From Malacoraja senta (lineage: Eukaryota): a stretch of DNA of 64,000 bases. The stretch is taken from the NCBI GenBank assembly GCA_038087875.1, contig JAXLNO010000913.1:62001-126000 (forward strand), written 5' to 3'. Every line of letters starts with the position of its first letter. Position 1 is the stretch's first letter. This document shows, piece by piece, positions 62,176 to 64,000 of this stretch. A program made the translations under genes and the position numbers. The notes below the pieces were generated by a model, which did no database searches, was not told the origin of the DNA, and was given only the letters and a program-made list of their open reading frames with translations.

Positions 62176-63150
62176 TAGCCTACAATGCTTGAAAATTGCT
62201 ATGTCAGTGGGATGAGATTGGGCAGAATATTTTTTTTCTGTCTTTGAGACTTAACACAGCTGAGCAATTTAAATCTCAGAAAATTTACTGTCCCAACAGA
62301 AGTAGCTTCCAGCAACAATAAATTAAAAATAATGTGAAATTAAAAATCACAAAGGGCTGCTGAGTTACAAGCATTCTCCTAAACCTCTACAGGTGCACGG
62401 TAGAGAGCATTCTGACTGGTTGCATCGTGGCCTGGTTCGGCAACTTGAACGTCCAGGAGCAGAAAAGACTACAAAATGTTGTGACCACTGCCCAGTCCAT
62501 CACCGGCCTTGACCTCCCCACCGTCAAAGGGATCTATCGTAGTCGCTGCCTCAAAACAGCAGCCAAAATCATCAAAGACCCACACCATCCTGCCACACAC
62601 TCATTTTACCATTGCCATCGGGAAGATGGTGCAGGAGCCTGAAAACTGGAACGTCCAGGTTCAGGAACAACTACTTCCCTACAGCCATCAGGCTATTAAA
62701 CACAACAACAAATAATCTCTGAGCTCTGAACTGCAAAAGACTTTATTATTATTGCACTATATTTGTTATTTATTGAACTTTTTTTCTCTTCCCCCGTTAT
62801 GTACCATGTTTACATATTCACAAATTCTGTTGCGCTGCAGCAAATAAGAATTTAATTGTCCCATCCGGGACATATCCGGGACATAGGACAATAAAACATT
62901 CTTGATTCTTGAGCATTCATTTACAGTACAATACAATCTCAGGATAAAGCCAGTAGAATACAATCTCAGGATATTTTCCAATGTACAGATGACAAAGTGG
63001 TGGAGATTGAAAGACTAATATACTTTCACCCAAAGTATTATTGCATGAGAAAACAATGATAACCGTAGGAAAACTGAAAAGGTAATTAAAAAGTTTCTCA
63101 TGCAATGTCAATTTTTAATTACTGTAAATGCATTGTAGTTCGCAGACTGT
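62176..63150 (+). repeat. Copy 2 of the ~0.92 kb direct duplication
   Basis: Matches 51450-52369 and retains a ~30-bp segment deleted in copy 1. Confidence 0.85.
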
Positions 63151-63729
63151 CCGCACCGACCAGCGATCCCAGCACGTTAACACTATCCTACACACACTAG
63201 GGCCAATCTACACAAATACCACGCCAAATTACCTACAACCTGTATGTCTATGGAGTGTGAGGTGTTTCACTTTGGGATGTTGATTGCAAGAAGAAAGTAT
63301 ACAGATAATGGCAAGATCCTAAACAGCAATGATGTACAGAGCTTACCAGGGATAGGGGATTGCAATTCATCAGCCATATCTTATTGAGTGGCAAAACATC
63401 TTGTATTACCATGTGGCCTGCTCCTAATTCTTTTGTTTATCTGTATACATGTTAGAGCTCCTTGAAGTGGTCACACAAGTAGATGGAGTATTAAAGAAAT
63501 GTATGGTATGGTATGTTTGCCTCGATTGGTCAGGCATGGAGTATGTGTCAGGATCTTGCAGCTTTGTTTAGGCCACATTTGAACTATTCTGTGCAGTTCT
63601 AGTCTCTCAGGAAGTATGTGGAGGCATTAGTGCAAAGATCCAGTTCCTGTGATTTTCTTTAGAATTTTCCCAACTGTTTGGTTTTCTAAATTTACATTTC
63701 TAACAAAACTCTTTCATTACAGTTTTATC

Positions 63730-64000
63730 TGGGGGAAAGGAACTGAGAAGAAAGTTGAAATATCATTAAAGAGCAGAAAGAGGGATCACAAACTGGAAAA
63801 TTAATTGTTCATACCTCAGCTCTGTAGGCTATTCATGATGAGTTGTTCTTCTATGAGGTCTCATAGTGTCAATAGAGAAGGACAAGGACAGACAGATTGA
63901 TGTGTGAATGCTCAGGGAAGTTAAAATGGCTTGCACCTGGAAACTCAAGATGGCTATGGTGGACAGAGTGCAGATGCTCTGCAAAACGGTGAGCTCTAGT
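63730..64000 (-). mobile_element. Decayed Penelope-like fragment
   Basis: Degenerate similarity to the GIY-YIG C-terminal region (HRFAEHLHSV..HFNF..). Confidence 0.55.

Overview
Repeat-rich vertebrate genomic DNA, very likely from a cartilaginous fish (skate/ray). The basis is HE1-type tRNA/V-domain SINEs with CR1-derived tails, abundant CR1 and Rex-Babar LINEs, and Penelope-like elements. The only clear host gene is a minus-strand, single-coding-exon core-2 beta-1,6-N-acetylglucosaminyltransferase (GCNT1-like, 28108-29397), with three candidate upstream 5'UTR exons (36348-36463, 41635-41717, 43034-43072). The rest is mostly mobile DNA. It includes a nested CR1 stack (11.5-18.8 kb), a structurally complete but decayed DIRS1 tyrosine-recombinase element with ITR/ICR and a reconstructable ATT recombination site (52469-57112), and a TSD-flanked Penelope GIY-YIG element (60678-61931). 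There are also six PIF/Harbinger-type MITEs sharing one terminus, Helitron-like and Tc1/pogo-like non-autonomous elements, two local duplications and a 200-N gap. The most notable signal is a population of short TSD-flanked hairpin elements derived from Penelope terminal repeats. They carry minimal hammerhead-ribozyme cores, and one copy has a 39-nt tandem array of cores (48442-48570). All calls were made by eye from the sequence; no searches were run.
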